Origin: Candidatus Latescibacterota bacterium
Lineage (GTDB): Bacteria > Latescibacterota > UBA2968 > GCA-2709665
Length of the DNA: 64,000 bases
Assembly (NCBI GenBank): GCA_965237675.1
Contig: OZ250150.1
Coordinates: 640,001 to 704,000, forward strand
Direction: 5' to 3'
Positions 29,699 through 38,571 of the stretch are shown piece by piece. The number at the start of each line of letters is the position of its first letter. The stretch's first letter is position 1. Made by a program: the position numbers and the translations under genes. The notes under the pieces are model-generated. The model did no database searches. It was given only the letters and a program-made list of their open reading frames with translations, and was not told the DNA's origin.

Positions 29699-29981
29699 AG
29701 ACTGGCGAAAGGAAATCGACGCCCTGAATCAACAACTGTTGGAGCTTCTGAATCGGCGAGCCGAATGCGCCCTTGAAATTGGCAGGATCAAACAGGCAAT
29801 CGAGCAACCCATCTATGCACCGGAACGGGAGACGTCGATCCTGAACCGAATCCGCGAACTGAACACGGGGCCGCTGGCCGATGAAGCGGTGCAACGGATT
29901 TTTAAGCAGATAATCGATGAGTCCAGGCGGTTGGAACAGGAGCATGGCGAACGGGACACGGGGGGCACGAATCCCCTCTGA
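29688..29981 (+). CDS. Chorismate mutase (AroQ type II, monofunctional)
   Basis: LEDWRKEIDALN...LLNRRA...IGRIK...PERE...ESRRLE. Confidence 0.92.
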   Translation: MDLEDWRKEIDALNQQLLELLNRRAECALEIGRIKQAIEQPIYAPERETSILNRIRELNTGPLADEAVQRIFKQIIDESRRLEQEHGERDTGGTNPL

Positions 29982-30052
29982 ATCCACCCGTGAAACCGGC
30001 CGAGACAGGACACAAGATTGACCGTCGCGATTTACCGCGGAGTTGAAAGCAT

Positions 30053-31081
30053 ATGGCCTTCAGAAAAATCCTGAAGATACCCACGCCGGAAGCCGTGCTG
30101 GAGAAAATGTCGCTTCCGAAAACGCTGAAGACGATAAAGGAGGATCGCGACACGGAAATCAGGGATATTTTCGCGCGCAAGAGCGATAAGTTTCTGCTGG
30201 TGATCGGACCCTGTTCAGCGCACAACGAAGATGCCGTATGTGAATACGTATTCAGGTTGGCGAAACTGCAGGAGGCCGTCCGGGAAAAGCTGGTTCTGGT
30301 GCCGCGCATTTATACCAACAAACCCCGCACAACCGGCGAGGGGTACAAGGGGATGGGGCATCAACCGGACCCGCGGAAGGCACCGGATATTTCTCAGGGC
30401 ATTTTTGCGGTTCGTCAGATGCACATCCGCGCGGCCCGGGAATCACACCTGACGGCGGCCGACGAAATGCTGTACCCGGGCAATCTGCCTTATGTCGAGG
30501 ATCTGCTGAGTTATATCGCTGTAGGCGCACGATCGGTGGAAAATCAGCAGCACCGATTGACCTGCAGCGGCGTTGGCGTACCCGTGGGAATGAAAAACCC
30601 GACGGGAGGAGATCTTTCGGTAATGCTGAACGCGATTCATGCCTCACAGATTCCGCACGTCTTCATCTATAACGGTTGGGAGGTGCGCACCGACGGCAAT
30701 CCCTTGACACATGCCGTGCTTCGGGGCTTCCTGGACGTGACAGGGCGTAGTATACCGAACTACCACTACGAAGACCTCATGTACGTTGCGGAACTCTATC
30801 AGCAGCGCCCACTCGCCAATGCCACAATCGTCGTGGATACGAATCACAATAACTCAGGCAAGCAGTTCCGCGAGCAACCCAGGATCGGGTTGGAGGTAAT
30901 ACGCAGCCGGCAGAGTTCGGAGTTTTTGAAGGATATGATCCGCGGGTTGATGGTGGAAAGTTATCTGGTTGAGGGCTCTCAGAATGTAAATGACGGCGTG
31001 TACGGAAAATCCATTACCGATCCGTGCCTGGGGTGGAAGGAATCCGAGGCGTTTGTAAAGGAACTGGCGGACAGGATATGA
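30053..31081 (+). CDS. aroF: DAHP synthase, class I-alpha
   Basis: IGPCSAH, KPRTTGEGYKG, GARS, GMKN, SITDPCLGW. Confidence 0.93.
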   Translation: MAFRKILKIPTPEAVLEKMSLPKTLKTIKEDRDTEIRDIFARKSDKFLLVIGPCSAHNEDAVCEYVFRLAKLQEAVREKLVLVPRIYTNKPRTTGEGYKGMGHQPDPRKAPDISQGIFAVRQMHIRAARESHLTAADEMLYPGNLPYVEDLLSYIAVGARSVENQQHRLTCSGVGVPVGMKNPTGGDLSVMLNAIHASQIPHVFIYNGWEVRTDGNPLTHAVLRGFLDVTGRSIPNYHYEDLMYVAELYQQRPLANATIVVDTNHNNSGKQFREQPRIGLEVIRSRQSSEFLKDMIRGLMVESYLVEGSQNVNDGVYGKSITDPCLGWKESEAFVKELADRI

Positions 31082-31159
31082 GAGCGGACAGGCTCAGGAC
31101 TCATCAGGAAATCGGAATTGGCTTCCGACGCTTTTGCCCGCTCTTCCGAGGATGACCGT

Positions 31160-32272
31160 ATGGAAAATGATCCTCCGTTTGCGCGTGAGACGATAGCCAT
31201 CGTCGGCGTGGGGTTGATTGGCGGCTCTCTTGGTGTGGCGCTCAAGGGTCTGGGCATCGGGCGAAGCATCGTTGGCATCAGCAGGCAGGAGACGCTGGAT
31301 GTAGCCGGCGATTTGGATGTAATCGACGCGGGCTATCGCTATGAGGAACTTGCCGCGGCGATTGCCGACGCGGCGCTGATTTTCCTGTGTACTCCCATAG
31401 TACGTATTCTGAACCTGCTGCCGCAGGTCCTGGGGGCGGCGCGGAAGGGTGCGGTCGTAACCGATGTGGGCAGCACCAAACACGCGATTGTTTCCGCGGC
31501 GATGGCTCATCGGCGGGATGGCGTGTATTTTGTGGGAGGGCACCCGATGGCGGGGTCCGAACATCGTGGGGTCAGCGCGGCGGATCCGTTCCTGTTTCAG
31601 AACGCAATATATGTGTTGACGCCGTCGCCCGATACGCCCGATATCGTGATCGACCGGCTCGCGCGCCTCGTCGGGGCGCTCGGGGCGAGACCCATGAGGA
31701 TGACTCCTCAGACACACGACAGGGCGGCGGCGGCGGTGAGTCACCTGCCGCAGATGATGGCGACAAGCCTGGTGTCCATGATAGGCCGGATGACCGAGGC
31801 CGAAGGGCTGCCGATACGGATGGCGGCAGGCGGTTTTCGGGATCTGACACGCATTGCATCCAGCCCGTATGAGATGTGGCGGGATATCTGCCATACAAAC
31901 GCGGCCCCGATCCGTGAGATGATCGATCTGTATATTGAATCGCTGGCAGCGATTCGGGGGGCAGTAGACCAGGATCGGCTGGAACGGGCATTCGTCCATG
32001 CGAATCGTGTACGTGGACAGATCCCGAAGGACTCCAAGGGGTTTTTACATCCGCTATACGAAATTCTCCTCATAGCCGAAGACAGGCCGGGCGTAATTGC
32101 CGACGTCGCTCAGACCCTGGCCCGTGAGAACATCAATATTAACGACATCGAGGTGTTGAATGTAAGGGAAGGGGAAGGGGGCACCATACGAATGGGGTTC
32201 GATTCACGTCCATGCGCGGAACAGGCCGTAGACGTGTTGGGAAGAGCGGGATACAGCGTCAGGCTGAGATAA
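31160..32272 (+). CDS. tyrA: Prephenate/arogenate dehydrogenase with C-terminal ACT domain
   Basis: GVGLIGGS, TDVGSTK, GGHPMAGSE, SHLPQ, FRDLTRIA; ACT EDRPGVIA. Confidence 0.93.
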   Translation: MENDPPFARETIAIVGVGLIGGSLGVALKGLGIGRSIVGISRQETLDVAGDLDVIDAGYRYEELAAAIADAALIFLCTPIVRILNLLPQVLGAARKGAVVTDVGSTKHAIVSAAMAHRRDGVYFVGGHPMAGSEHRGVSAADPFLFQNAIYVLTPSPDTPDIVIDRLARLVGALGARPMRMTPQTHDRAAAAVSHLPQMMATSLVSMIGRMTEAEGLPIRMAAGGFRDLTRIASSPYEMWRDICHTNAAPIREMIDLYIESLAAIRGAVDQDRLERAFVHANRVRGQIPKDSKGFLHPLYEILLIAEDRPGVIADVAQTLARENININDIEVLNVREGEGGTIRMGFDSRPCAEQAVDVLGRAGYSVRLR

Positions 32273-32378
32273 ACGCTAGGATCCGGAACGGGAAACGATT
32301 GAACGAACGAGATCGCTGTCCGTCCGTTTGTTATTCCATTCTGAAGAAAGCGTGGTTTTGGACTTCGCGGGTTCGGTA

Positions 32379-33665
32379 ATGTCCCAGGGCACGGTCAAGC
32401 CCTCGCAGGGCCTTGTGGGCGCGTGCGATCTTCCCGGCGATGCAAATATGTCGGTAATGGCCCTTGTGCTTTCGTCCTCGGCCGATGGAATCTCCCGGAT
32501 CCACAGGTGTTCGAGACGACCGGAAGTCGAGCGGACCGGGGTTCTGCTGTCGGAACTCGGGATTACCGTGGCGTGGGACGGTGAGACCGCAACGGTGACT
32601 GGCGGCGACTTATTAGAGCCGGACGCCGAGCTGCATGCGGGCGGGTCGCTGGTTCTGTTTTCCTGTCTGGCGGGATTGCTGTCGAATGCGCCTTTTGTGA
32701 CCAGGCTTTCCGGGTTTCGGGCGGATACCAACGTCGACCGGGTTTTCGAGGCGCTCCGCGCGTTGGGCGCACACCTGGACATCCGGACTGAGGACCGGAT
32801 ATCGGCAGGTGTGGGAGGGGGTAAGTTAACGCCCGGATCCTACCGTATCGGACTTCCTGATCTGGCGGTGAAGTGCGGAATGCTCATGGCCGGATTGGGT
32901 GTGGACGGAACGGTTGAACTGGTACAGGAGACAGGCGGGGATGACGATCTGGAGGTGTTGCTGCAAGCTGCGGGCTGCGGGCTGAAAAAGAGGCGGATGA
33001 AGGGCGCCGGGGGTCATCAACTGTTGTTGGACGGACCGGTATCGCTCCACGGCGTTACACATGAGTTGCCGGGTAGTTCGGACGCGGCGCTGTTTTTTGC
33101 TCTCGCTGCGGCAATGCTGAGACGGTCTGAGTTGACGGTAACCCATTTCGGAATGGATTTCAGAAGCCGCAGGATCGTGGACATATTGCGCCGAATGGAC
33201 GTTTTGATGGATATGGAGCACTGCCGGACGGATTCCGGTTTTCCCGTTCGACGCGTCCGGATAAGGGGGTCCGAATTGCGTGGCATTAAGATCTCGGGCG
33301 AAAACGCGAGACTTTTCAGGGACGTGATCCCGTTTCTGGCGGTCGCGGGCGCCGTGTCGCGGGGCGAAACCATAATACGGGATGCGCAGACGTTGCGGGA
33401 CGGTCCGGTGGACTGTATATCGGTATTGGTGGAAAACCTCAGGAAGATGCAGATTCAAGTTGGGGAGATACCGGATGGTCTGGTTGTGAAAGGCGGCCAG
33501 TTGCAGGGCGCCGAGCTCGACGCGGGCGGCGACGCGCGCGTGGCAATGGCACTCACGCTTGCTGGGATGGCGGGCGAGGGGGAAACATCGGTAATTAACC
33601 CAGGCCCCGTGGGTCAGACGTATCCGGGGGTGTTGGAAAGATTGGCTGCCGTTTTGGAGATGTAA
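32379..33665 (+). CDS. EPSP synthase (AroA)-fold protein with degenerate active site
   Basis: Full-length AroA-like pattern (LPGD..S, GETIIRDA..LR, GDARVAM, TYP) with most catalytic motifs substituted. Confidence 0.85.
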   Translation: MSQGTVKPSQGLVGACDLPGDANMSVMALVLSSSADGISRIHRCSRRPEVERTGVLLSELGITVAWDGETATVTGGDLLEPDAELHAGGSLVLFSCLAGLLSNAPFVTRLSGFRADTNVDRVFEALRALGAHLDIRTEDRISAGVGGGKLTPGSYRIGLPDLAVKCGMLMAGLGVDGTVELVQETGGDDDLEVLLQAAGCGLKKRRMKGAGGHQLLLDGPVSLHGVTHELPGSSDAALFFALAAAMLRRSELTVTHFGMDFRSRRIVDILRRMDVLMDMEHCRTDSGFPVRRVRIRGSELRGIKISGENARLFRDVIPFLAVAGAVSRGETIIRDAQTLRDGPVDCISVLVENLRKMQIQVGEIPDGLVVKGGQLQGAELDAGGDARVAMALTLAGMAGEGETSVINPGPVGQTYPGVLERLAAVLEM

Positions 33666-33755
33666 ATCGCGCTCGTAATTCGGTTGCTTTGAGCATTTGA
33701 TCCCTCCAGGGACGGTTTGAGTCCCTGGGTCAATCGTTGGTACGAGGAGAGTCAT

Positions 33756-33896
33756 ATGAGACTGGTTGTCAGGTTGTTCCTTCTGGCGTTAATGGTGTTT
33801 CTGGGAGGCGTGGTCTTCATTCGGTACACCTACAACTGTTCCTGGAAGGAGAGTTTCGCGATTGCTGACCAGTTTGTGTCGGATCTGACCCGTTGA
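33756..33896 (+). CDS. Small (46 aa) single-TM protein, not in the ORF track
   Basis: SD GAGGAG 6 nt before ATG; MRLVVRLFLLALMVFLGGVVFIRYTYNCSWKESFAIADQFVSDLTR*. Confidence 0.7.
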   Translation: MRLVVRLFLLALMVFLGGVVFIRYTYNCSWKESFAIADQFVSDLTR

Positions 33897-33979
33897 GCAA
33901 AGTGTGGCGGTGCATTGTGCGGCGGGATTTCAACCGCGCAGATGTAAATTAGCAAAACATCAGGGCGGGGGAACCTGTT

Positions 33980-34846
33980 TTGGGTATTGTTGCAACCACG
34001 CAGTTGCTGGGGGTGATCGGGGATCCGATTGCCCATTCGTTTTCGCCGGACATGCACAATGCCGCCATCCGTGTTCTCGACGTCGACTACCGTTACATGG
34101 CGTTCCACGTGCTGTCGGATGGGGTTGAGCCGGCGCTTCAGGGTATGCGCGCTCTGCAGATCCGGGGTTTGAACGTGACCCTTCCACACAAGAGTGCCGT
34201 GATGGCGTACCTGGACCGGATTTCGGAAGAAGCGCTGGCCGTGGGCGCGGTGAATACGATTGCTTTCAAGGACGGCGAACTGGTCGGGTACAATACCGAC
34301 GTGTACGGTTTGGCCACCGCACTGGATCTGACGGCGGGCCTCGCCGTGCTCCCGGAGCACTGCGTGGTTTTAGGCGCGGGCGGCGTGGCGCGGGCGACTG
34401 TTTACGCGCTGGCTACACAAAATGAGGTCCGGCGGGTGAGCATTCTCAATCGGACCGTTGCTCGTGCGGAGGCGCTTGCGCGTGATATGGAACGGATCAC
34501 AGGCAAGGCGATCGACGCGGGCAATCTGACGAAAGACACCCAGACGAGGCGGTTCGCGGATGCCGGCCTCGTCGTGAATGGAACTTCGCTGGGGATGTAT
34601 CCGAACGTGGAGCAGTCCCCTCTTGCGGATGCAGACGCGATTCACTCACAACTGGTGCTTTACGATACGGTTTTCAACCCGCTGGAAACGCGGCTGATGC
34701 GGCAGTTTCGAGCCGCGGGCGCCCCTGCCTTTGGAGGGCTGGATATGCTGGTACATCAGGGTGCGCGTTCGTTTGCCATCTGGACGGGAATCGAACCGCC
34801 CATCGACGTCATGAAACAAGCGGTAATTGGCCGTTTAGGGGCGTAG
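33980..34846 (+). CDS. aroE: Shikimate dehydrogenase
   Basis: GDPIAHSFSP, NVTLPHK, GAVNT, YNTD, GAGGVAR, MLVHQG. Confidence 0.95.
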   Translation: MGIVATTQLLGVIGDPIAHSFSPDMHNAAIRVLDVDYRYMAFHVLSDGVEPALQGMRALQIRGLNVTLPHKSAVMAYLDRISEEALAVGAVNTIAFKDGELVGYNTDVYGLATALDLTAGLAVLPEHCVVLGAGGVARATVYALATQNEVRRVSILNRTVARAEALARDMERITGKAIDAGNLTKDTQTRRFADAGLVVNGTSLGMYPNVEQSPLADADAIHSQLVLYDTVFNPLETRLMRQFRAAGAPAFGGLDMLVHQGARSFAIWTGIEPPIDVMKQAVIGRLGA

Positions 34847-34848
34847 CG

Positions 34849-35568
34849 GTGTCAGGGAATATTCTGCAGGAACGCCAGGCCAAGCGGGCTTTTGTGCGTC
34901 AGATGTTCGACGGCATTGCCGGAACCTACGACCTGTTGAACCACCTGTTGAGCGCGGGCGTGGATATTCTCTGGCGGCGATGGACGGTGGACGCACTGGA
35001 ATTGCAGGCCGGCTGGTGGATCCTGGACCTCGCTACGGGAACGGGCGACCTGGGCCTCGAAGCGGCTGCGCGCGACTCCGGGATTCGGGTTGTGGGTGCG
35101 GACCTGTCCGTACCTATGCTTCGGCTCGGAAGAAAAAAGCTGAATCGAAGATCCGGCCAACTGTTTCTCTTATGTGGAGACGCGGAGCGGCTGCCGTTTC
35201 CCGACGCACGTTTTCACGCCGTAACGATCGGTTTCGGAGTACGAAACTTTTCGGACCTGACGGCTGGCCTCCGGGAAATACAACGGGTTTTGCGCCCAGG
35301 GGGCCGGTTGGCAATTCTGGAGTTTTCCCGGCCCAGGGCGTTCCTGTTGCGACGGGTCTATTTTTTTTATTTCAAATCTATCCTGCCCGGGATCGGTCGG
35401 CTTGTTTCGCGAAATCCTCAAGCGTATCGGTATCTTTATGAGTCTGTGATGAATTTCCCGGAGGGAAAAGCATTCCGAAGGCGTCTGACGCAAGCCGGTT
35501 TTGTGGAGCCGGTGGAACGCCGGTTGACCTTTGGTATTGCGACCATCCATTTGGCTTCAAAACCGTAA
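34849..35568 (+). CDS. ubiE: UbiE/MenG quinone C-methyltransferase
   Basis: MFDGIAGTYDLLN, LDLATGTGD, IGFGVRN, YLYES. Confidence 0.92.
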   Translation: MSGNILQERQAKRAFVRQMFDGIAGTYDLLNHLLSAGVDILWRRWTVDALELQAGWWILDLATGTGDLGLEAAARDSGIRVVGADLSVPMLRLGRKKLNRRSGQLFLLCGDAERLPFPDARFHAVTIGFGVRNFSDLTAGLREIQRVLRPGGRLAILEFSRPRAFLLRRVYFFYFKSILPGIGRLVSRNPQAYRYLYESVMNFPEGKAFRRRLTQAGFVEPVERRLTFGIATIHLASKP

Positions 35569-35640
35569 AAACTCTTTGCTCGTCATACGGTCGTTATAGA
35601 TTCTTGCCCCAGTTTTATTGAGCGCATCGATTGTGGCCTA

Positions 35641-35930
35641 TTGGCGGTTGCGGCAGCACGTGTCTGGAAACATTTGCGTGCGAATCGGCTTGATGGCTTT
35701 TACTTTCGACGGCAACAAATCATCGACGGCTTTATTGTCGATTTCTACTGTCATTCAGTCGGATTGGTAATTGAAGTCGATGGCGAGGTTCACCAGAATC
35801 AGGTTGCGTATGATGCAAAACGGGATGGCATTCTCAAAGCGCGAGGATTACAGGTTTTACGCATTTCAAATGTTGAAATTCGCACGGATTTAGATGGCGT
35901 TCTCCAATCAATCAGAGCTTATATAAAACA
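35641..35930 (+). pseudogene. N-terminally truncated DUF559 (Vsr-like endonuclease) domain, in frame with argS
   Basis: WKHLRANRLDGFYFRRQQIIDGFIVDFYC...IEVDGEVH...DAKRD...LRISN; AT-richer than its neighbours. Confidence 0.75.
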
Positions 35931-35954
35931 GTGTTTACTCAACGCTTGGTTCAA

Positions 35955-35995
35955 CTCCCCCTTTCCTCGTAGGAGAGGGAGCTGGGGGGAGAGGT
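35955..35995. repeat. REP-like imperfect palindrome following DUF559
   Basis: CTCCCCCTTTCCT-CGT-AGGAGAGGGAG followed by G-rich CTGGGGGGAGAGGT. Confidence 0.5.
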
Positions 35996-36003
35996 CCTCC
36001 TTT

Positions 36004-37707
36004 ATGGTCAATCCTTTTATTGAAGAAATCGTATTGCAGGTGTCAAAAGCGACTGATCTGCGCCCCGATGAGGTGAGGGCGCTGATCGAGGTCCCTCCAA
36101 AACCAGCGATGGGGGATTTCGCCCTACCGTGCTTCAGGCTTGCAAAAACGCTGCGGAAGGCGCCGAATCAGATCGCCAGGGATCTTGAAGAACGAGTGCG
36201 CACGGGCGGACGCATCGCCCGGGTCAGTGCCGAGGGCCCATATCTCAATATTTTCGTGAGCCAGACCGAATTTGTGCGGGAGACGCTATCGGAAATTCTC
36301 GCCGGGGGCGGGCAATTTGGCCAGAGCGGCGTGGGCGCGGGGAAGACGGTCGTGATCGATTTTTCGTCACCAGATATATCCAAGCCATTCACCGTCGCCC
36401 ACATCCGTTCGACGGCAATTGGAAATTCGCTCTGCAGGATATACAGGACCCTCGGTTGGAACGTGCTCGGCATCAACCACCTTGGGGACTGGGGCGCCAA
36501 GCAGGGAATGAATATCGCGGCGTACAAACGCTGGGGAGATGAAAGCGCGGTTCGCAGGAATCCTCCCTATGAGCTATTTAACCTGTACGTAAAATTCAAT
36601 GCCGAGATGGAACGGGATCCGTCTCTCAGAAACGACGTGAAGGACTGGACCAGGAAACTGGAGGCGGGCGATCCCGAGGCGATCCGGCTCTGGAGCTGGT
36701 TCCGGGATGTGACCTTTAAGGACTTCAAGCGAATTTATAAATTGATGGACGTGGAATTTACCGAATACACGGGAGAGAGTTTTTTTCACGATAAGGTGGG
36801 GCCGGTTGTCGAAGCACTTAAGGCGAAGGGGCTGGCTGTGGAGAGTGAGGGCGCCCTCGTGGTGATGCTGGACGATGAAGATATGCCCCCGGCCATCATC
36901 CAGACCGGACACGATACCAGCGTCTATCTCACACGCGATCTGGCCGCGGCGATTTACCGCAAGGAGACCTACGACTTCGATAAGTTGATCTATACGACCG
37001 ACGCCGGGCAGTCCCTGCATTTTCGGCAGCTTTTCAAGGTGCTGGAACGGATGGGCCATGATTGGGCAAAGGACTGTATCCACGTCCCCTTCGGTATTAT
37101 TTCCTTCAAAGACGGAAGGATGTCTACCCGCAGGGGCAATGTGATTTTCCTTGAGGATGTGCTGAACCGCGCGATAGAACTGACACGGGATATTATTGAG
37201 GACAAGAATCCGGATCTTCCCAATAAAGACGGGATCGCCCGGGACGTGGGCATCGGCGCGGTGGTCTACGCGGATCTCGATTCCCGCCGGACGCGGGACG
37301 TGGTGTTCGACTGGGATGAAATCCTTAATTTCAACGGCGAAACCGGCCCCTACGTTCAATATACCCATGCACGCTATTGCAGCGTGCTGCGAAGATACGG
37401 AGGCGCCGTGCCGCCGCCCGAGGCAGACCTTTCACTGTTAACCGAACCCGAGACCGTGGCGGTGGTCAAGTGCCTCGAACGGTTTCCGGCGCGAATCCGG
37501 AACGCGGCCGAGGCCTGCGAGCCGTCTCTGATTGCCGGGTTCCTGATCGAACTCTGTACAGAGGCGAACCGGTTTTACAACGCCCACCGGGTCAATTCGG
37601 AGGACCTGCCCCTGACCCGGGCGCGTATCGCCCTGGTTTATTCCATCACGGTCGTTCTGGCCGCCGGCCTTCATCTGCTGGGGTTGCGGGCGCCCGAGGA
37701 GATGTGA
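36004..37707 (+). CDS. argS: Arginine--tRNA ligase
   Basis: GPYLN, IDFSSP, NHLGDWG, YLTRDLA, MSTRRG, GETGPYVQYTHAR, C-terminal PEEM. Confidence 0.95.
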   Translation: MVNPFIEEIVLQVSKATDLRPDEVRALIEVPPKPAMGDFALPCFRLAKTLRKAPNQIARDLEERVRTGGRIARVSAEGPYLNIFVSQTEFVRETLSEILAGGGQFGQSGVGAGKTVVIDFSSPDISKPFTVAHIRSTAIGNSLCRIYRTLGWNVLGINHLGDWGAKQGMNIAAYKRWGDESAVRRNPPYELFNLYVKFNAEMERDPSLRNDVKDWTRKLEAGDPEAIRLWSWFRDVTFKDFKRIYKLMDVEFTEYTGESFFHDKVGPVVEALKAKGLAVESEGALVVMLDDEDMPPAIIQTGHDTSVYLTRDLAAAIYRKETYDFDKLIYTTDAGQSLHFRQLFKVLERMGHDWAKDCIHVPFGIISFKDGRMSTRRGNVIFLEDVLNRAIELTRDIIEDKNPDLPNKDGIARDVGIGAVVYADLDSRRTRDVVFDWDEILNFNGETGPYVQYTHARYCSVLRRYGGAVPPPEADLSLLTEPETVAVVKCLERFPARIRNAAEACEPSLIAGFLIELCTEANRFYNAHRVNSEDLPLTRARIALVYSITVVLAAGLHLLGLRAPEEM

Positions 37708-37976
37708 GTCACGGCCCGCTGTATCACCCTTCCGAAACGGCGTTGAACGCCGCCGGTATCCAGGCGTCGTCGTTATTGACGGGACACTGAAGGCATATTT
37801 CTTCAGAGGTGGTTGTGAATGGAAACCGGACTGGCAACGCTTAATTCCATTAACCCGTTACGGGAAACGCGACACCCGAGCCCTCTTGCTGCATCCGGAA
37901 AGAACTCCGCGCTGTTCGTCGCGTTTCAGAGCAACAGTACAGATCGCCAGGCGCAGGCAGGGCGGGGGCGCGCATC

Positions 37977-38522
37977 GTGAACCGGTTGCAGGGCAGGCCA
38001 ATTTTCCTGACCGGGTTCATGGCGACCGGCAAGAGCAAGATCGGGCAAATTCTGGCGCAACGCCTGGGTCGGATATTTGCAGATACCGATGCGTTGATCG
38101 TGGAGACGGCCGGGAAGTCGATTCCCCGGATCTTCGCGGAAGACGGAGAGGCCGCATTCCGCCGTATCGAGCGCGGTTGCGTGGTGCGGGCGGCCGAAAT
38201 GCGGGATGCTGTGATTGCTTTGGGTGGCGGCGCGGTCACACACGAGGAGAACTGGGATACCATTCGCGCGTCCGGTGTGTGTCTGTGTCTGCGGGCATCT
38301 GCTGAGACCATCTTTACGCGCCTGCGCAGGACAGAGGGAGAACGGCCGCTGATGGCTGGATTGAACGATGAGGACCGGATGGCGAAGATCCGGGCGATGC
38401 TGGCCGCCCGGGCGCCGTTTTACGACCGTGCGGATGTATTCGTGGAGTCGACGGAGTGTCGTACACTGGAAGAGACCGTTGAACTGGCAGTGTCGGCTTT
38501 GGAAGGCCTTGATTCGCAATAA
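37977..38522 (+). CDS. aroK: Shikimate kinase
   Basis: TGFMATGKS, DTD, GEAAFR, LGGG, RPL. Confidence 0.95.
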   Translation: MNRLQGRPIFLTGFMATGKSKIGQILAQRLGRIFADTDALIVETAGKSIPRIFAEDGEAAFRRIERGCVVRAAEMRDAVIALGGGAVTHEENWDTIRASGVCLCLRASAETIFTRLRRTEGERPLMAGLNDEDRMAKIRAMLAARAPFYDRADVFVESTECRTLEETVELAVSALEGLDSQ

Positions 38523-38571
38523 GGGCGTTGGAAGGCCACTGCGTATGGGATCTCAAGTCGTACAGAGCGGA

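Noticed and set aside
37864-37927. 10-bp inverted repeat GAAACGCGAC/GTCGCGTTTC upstream of aroK
   Set aside because: Large loop, no U-tract or known motif; insufficient evidence.
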